A stretch of 64,000 nt of DNA from positions 5,312,001 through 5,376,000 of the forward strand of contig CBDCTK010000002.1 of the NCBI GenBank assembly GCA_965222225.1, written 5' to 3'. The notes beneath the pieces were generated by a model that did no database searches, was not told the origin of the DNA, and was given only the letters and a program-made list of their open reading frames with translations. Below are positions 60,570-64,000 of this stretch, piece by piece. The stretch comes from Candidatus Poribacteria bacterium (GTDB lineage: Bacteria > Poribacteria > WGA-4E > JAJDTR01). How positions within the stretch are numbered: position 1 is the first letter of the stretch; every line of letters begins with the position of its first letter. A program made the translations under genes and the position numbers.

Positions 60570-60861
60570 AACTCGACTTTGTACAAACGTACAACAGTTG
60601 GGTTGAGCGGAAAGCCGTACAGCACCAAATCCGTAGGCGGGAATCAAGGGAGTGAATAACGACCGCGATAGAGATCTCCTTGCCCCGCCGTGCAGCATCA
60701 AGATTCAAGCGAAATCCAACACGTTCTGCATGGTAGCAGAAACCACTGCCGACTTTTTCAATGGTCAACCAACAAGACCAGATGGTTAAAATCTCTTCCA
60801 CTTTTCTTCAACGCTTGATTGACACCATCTGTTATCCCGCTTAAATGTACAAAGTCGAGCT
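60570..60861. mobile_element. MITE with CTCGACTTTGTACA inverted ends, carrying a REP plus a mini-element (60642-60678)
   Basis: CTCGACTTTGTACA / TGTACAAAGTCGAG; another left end at ~51357. Confidence 0.65.
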
Positions 60862-60863
60862 AA

Positions 60864-61098
60864 AAACTTGTTTGAAAATTAATTCGTAGCAACACCATTT
60901 GCTCTGAAACCAAGTTTTTCATCAGCGCTCATGTAGGTGCACACCGCGATCAAGGCAACGAGCATCAACTGCGATTGAGATTCTACCAGCCTTTGCCCCG
61001 TGGATTATACTCTTTTGGAGCGAACTCCAGCTCGCGAAAAAACTCGCTCAACGCAAATGACCAAAGATAGCTTCGCCATCTATTATTCAAACAAGCTC
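60864..61098. mobile_element. IS5-like MITE (same family as 20917-21196) carrying a degenerate mini-element (60948)
   Basis: CTTGTTTGAA / TTCAAACAAGCTC ends, TAA flanks, shared CAAATGACCAAA subterminal sequence. Confidence 0.65.
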
Positions 61099-61127
61099 TA
61101 AGCCGCTGAAAGTGCCTAATAATTGTG

Positions 61128-61778
61128 CTATGTTGTAGAACGACTGTTGAAACAGCAAGTTTCTAAGGGAGTGTAAACTGCCCCGCTTTGTCGAAGGTGG
61201 CTTTGGACAACTCGGATCTCATTGACGACCATGGTGGCGCCATTGATTGTATCATATTGTTGGAACACGTCAACGAGAGGTTTCAAATCAATTCGATGTT
61301 TGAGCCGGGAAAGAGTTAAATGTGGACTGGACGGCTTCTCATCACGCTCATATCCATGGCGACTTAGTCCTATATCGATTTCTCTGGCAATGGCAATGAT
61401 CTCATCTGCGCCGGTTTTCACGCCTGCCCAAATAATCCTTGGACGAGTCAAGTTTGGGAAGGCGCCAATACCCCCTATCTCCATTGAAAAAGGTGACCGA
61501 GTATCCGCCACCTGTTCAATCGCATTTTTGATTACGCTAATTTGATTTGGGGCGACATCTCCAAGGAATTTCAAGGTCAGATGAATGTTTCCGCGCTTTA
61601 CCCATGAGGCTCCGCGGATGTCCTTCCTGAGTTCCTCCTGAGCGGAAGTTAGCAGCGTCTGAATCGCTTCGGGAATCTCAATTTCGACAAAGCACCGTAT
61701 CTGTTCTTGGTTCACACTTTCTATGGGGATTTGGTTCGGGTTCAAGCCAACGGACTGCTTGATTTTCAACCTGACCAA
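61128..61778 (-). CDS. thpR: RNA 2',3'-cyclic phosphodiesterase (2H family); real start probably GTG ~61715
   Basis: HLTLKFLG and PHLTL motifs. Confidence 0.92.
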   Translation of the reverse strand: MVRLKIKQSVGLNPNQIPIESVNQEQIRCFVEIEIPEAIQTLLTSAQEELRKDIRGASWVKRGNIHLTLKFLGDVAPNQISVIKNAIEQVADTRSPFSMEIGGIGAFPNLTRPRIIWAGVKTGADEIIAIAREIDIGLSRHGYERDEKPSSPHLTLSRLKHRIDLKPLVDVFQQYDTINGATMVVNEIRVVQSHLRQSGAVYTPLETCCFNSRSTT

Positions 61779-61780
61779 GG

Positions 61781-62386
61781 TTAAAAATCATCTCCCGAAT
61801 CAAAGAGATCAGTTGATCGCATCACGGAATACAGCGCTTTGCGATTCCCGTACACAAACTCTAATCCCGATATCACAGTTAGGACAAGAGGTGCGTACAT
61901 CATGAAATAGATCGGCCTAAACTGTTCAATCCATTCATCCCCCACTCCATGCCCATGGAACACTAGCAGAATCAGGCTCATGAAGATAACAACCATCTGC
62001 GAGGTAGCCTTATATTTTCCCCACTTGTTCGCTGCAACAACAGAACCCTGTGTGGCGACAAAAAGCACCCGCAACCCTGTCACAACCAATTCGCGTCCCA
62101 TGATTGTTAGAACCATCCAGCCTGGGATAAGTTTTTCACCGAACAGGCAGATGAGTGCTGCGCCCACTAGCAACTTGTCCGCAAGCGAGTCAACAAATTT
62201 GCCGAAACTCGTTACCCCGTGTTTGCGAGCAATTCGCCCATCAAGGAGATCGGTTAATGCCGCCACTCCAAAAATAATTGCGGGCAGCAAACGGTAATAT
62301 CGAAAAGAAATCATGAGTGGAGGAATCATCAAGATGCGCGAAACCGTCAAACCGTTCGCCAAATGTTGGAGCGTGCGAAAGTACAT
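61781..62386 (-). CDS. pgsA: CDP-diacylglycerol--glycerol-3-phosphate 3-phosphatidyltransferase
   Basis: TDLLDGRIAR....T.FGKFVD..ADK. Confidence 0.92.
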   Translation of the reverse strand: MYFRTLQHLANGLTVSRILMIPPLMISFRYYRLLPAIIFGVAALTDLLDGRIARKHGVTSFGKFVDSLADKLLVGAALICLFGEKLIPGWMVLTIMGRELVVTGLRVLFVATQGSVVAANKWGKYKATSQMVVIFMSLILLVFHGHGVGDEWIEQFRPIYFMMYAPLVLTVISGLEFVYGNRKALYSVMRSTDLFDSGDDF

Positions 62387-62442
62387 CGTTCAATCACTTA
62401 TCCATCAAGGCAATCGTACCTGATTCTAAACTAGGCACTCTT

Positions 62443-62498
62443 GTAGGGTGCGCACTGCGATCAAGGGAGTGAGTAGCGACCAGGATAGAGATCCCACC
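62443..62498 (+). repeat. REP hairpin split by one mini-element (62459-62493)
   Basis: GTAGGGTGCGCACTGC[GATC...GATC]CCACC versus the intact REPs at 3643 and 20940. Confidence 0.85.
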
Positions 62499-62639
62499 AG
62501 CCTTTGAAAACTCTAGCGGACGACAGGTAGTATGGTAGCGGAAACTTCGAATGTACACAGCCGATTCGAGAGAAACACGGACAAACTACAAGCAAATCCC
62601 CATCCTTCCCGACTTCCGCCCTTTGAGCGCCTCCCTGAA

Positions 62640-63359
62640 TCATTCCTCAGGTGAGATGTCGATGACCTCGGCACCATCCGGAATGTCAAAGTTGAAAAAC
62701 CCTTCGTCAAGTTTTCGATTTCGTTTGATGTTCGTCAGCGATATGATTCCACTTACATCGCTTTCAGCATCGTTCTGTAGTTTGTACCCAAACTGAATCG
62801 GCAACCAATCCTTTGCCTGAATCCACATTTCCAGAGTCTCGCGAGGCAATTGCCTACCGTCCACAGGTTTGGACAGCATATGGGGTTTGGGAGTCAATTC
62901 AATTTGATAAACGCCTTTCTGGTTAGCAACTTCATCAACAACAAGCTTCATGTCGTAATTCTTTTGAACATCTTGCAATGAAGCGTCAATTCCTGGCAAT
63001 AACGGTTCGTGTTCCGGCTTGTTCAGTTTCATCTTGTTGACTTGATTCAGCATAGGGGTATATGCCCACGAATAGGTGCCATCCAAGACGATGAGCTGCA
63101 CAAGTTGAGTCGAATCTTTTTGGCTGACGGTTCTTTTTCGAAGTAAATTGGGCTTGCTAAAGGTCAATTCCCCTCGGGAAGAACCTTTCACGCCATCGCG
63201 AAAAATGGTCTCCTCAAACTCTGCACTGAAGTTTCGAGATTCGTTGTAAGCCTTCCTGAAATTCTCGAAAACTTCATTGACCGTGTACGTGTAGCCGAAT
63301 GGTACATTCGTACTTAACAACAAAAATGGGAAAACAATTCCACCAAAAACCAACCTCAT
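62640..63359 (-). CDS. lolA: LolA-family outer-membrane lipoprotein carrier
   Basis: F.A.F.E, G.L.F.KPN.LR, DG...W.Y.P..NQV, F.F.IP.GAEVID. Confidence 0.8.
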   Translation of the reverse strand: MRLVFGGIVFPFLLLSTNVPFGYTYTVNEVFENFRKAYNESRNFSAEFEETIFRDGVKGSSRGELTFSKPNLLRKRTVSQKDSTQLVQLIVLDGTYSWAYTPMLNQVNKMKLNKPEHEPLLPGIDASLQDVQKNYDMKLVVDEVANQKGVYQIELTPKPHMLSKPVDGRQLPRETLEMWIQAKDWLPIQFGYKLQNDAESDVSGIISLTNIKRNRKLDEGFFNFDIPDGAEVIDISPEE

Positions 63360-63410
63360 CGCAGCCTCCGTCATCAACAGCAACAATCGGCAGTATAGCA
63401 CCTGCCGCAG

Positions 63411-63905
63411 TTAGTTGTCAACGCTCTTTTCCTGCCGCAAAAGCAACTCTTGGTCGACAATTTCCCGCACTTCGTTAGCTGTCACATGTATCCTCGACCA
63501 ATCCGAGAGGAATACTTCCGCTTCGTTCGGCTTTTCCAACGCATGTTGAACAAACCGCTCGAGAAGTCTTGAAACCTCCTCATTCCTAAAGATACCCTGA
63601 AACCAATTTGAGAACTCCTTGATGGCATCTGGGTCTACGGAAAACGCCCAGAAATTCAATTGGCAGAAATCCAATCCCTCTTCACATGTCTTCTGTGAAA
63701 TCCACACCGTCTCGGGGAAACTCTCCAATATAGGGAAGAGATCTATCAATAGGCAACACAAGCGGTCATCCAAGTAGGAAATTGCCGGCAGAATGTCAAA
63801 CCGAACACTCAGTTTGTGTGCGTGGAGTGGTATTGGATCGCCTTTCGCGTGGGCATCTGTGCCCTTAATGTCGATAATTTGCTCTTTTTTGCTTCTGAAT
63901 AACAA
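63411..63905 (-). CDS. Hypothetical protein
   Basis: 164-aa ORF with a GGGGG SD and a TATAAT upstream. Confidence 0.6.
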   Translation of the reverse strand: MLFRSKKEQIIDIKGTDAHAKGDPIPLHAHKLSVRFDILPAISYLDDRLCCLLIDLFPILESFPETVWISQKTCEEGLDFCQLNFWAFSVDPDAIKEFSNWFQGIFRNEEVSRLLERFVQHALEKPNEAEVFLSDWSRIHVTANEVREIVDQELLLRQEKSVDN

Positions 63906-64000
63906 AACTTACAATCCCCCAAATGTTGACTATTTGCTCATTCTCGACGTTACTCTCGTCGGTTATTATACTCACCGTTTTTCGGGCAATGCAATGAGAA

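Noticed and set aside
60516-60600. LexA/SOS box upstream of recA
   Set aside because: No known consensus is recognisable, and no motif is clearly shared with the uvrB upstream region.
3691-62493. Mini-element as sequencing adapter or artefact
   Set aside because: No resemblance to the Illumina, Nextera, SMRTbell or ONT adapters I know; it shows compensatory changes, is confined to intergenic DNA, and one copy is split by an IS with a clean target duplication.
1-64000. tRNA/rRNA genes
   Set aside because: No cloverleaf (T-loop GTTCGA with matching arms) or rRNA-like segments recognised in the intergenic DNA.

Overview
Bacterial chromosomal window from a diderm organism (lptD, lolA, surA, lgt present). 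Gene content and repeat style suggest a Candidatus Poribacteria-like lineage, but this is an unverified inference. Housekeeping genes: uvrB, mfd, recA, dprA, lgt, pgsA, thpR, lolA, fadD, moeB, pilD. Also present: a complete actinobacterial-type Pup-proteasome operon (arc-dop-pup-prcB-prcA-pafA); an envelope-folding cluster ending in an LptD with inserted parvulin domains; a sulfite reductase-TusA fusion; a small toxin-antitoxin/variable island; a four-gene uncharacterised membrane module; two intact 1249-bp IS1595-family copies; and several MITE/REP families. The most striking signal is non-coding: about 23 copies of a degenerate ~35-47 nt intergenic element, consensus GATCAA-NN-GA-NY-GRAYA-RN-GA-NN-GCGATAG-NNN-TCCC. 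Its variable positions covary to keep a hairpin with tandem G.A pairs. Every copy found is on the + strand regardless of flanking gene direction, and copies interrupt GTAG-REP hairpins, other repeats and each other. It looks like an undescribed structure-defined, strand-polarised mini mobile element or ssDNA signal. All alignments and counts were done by eye; no database searches were run.
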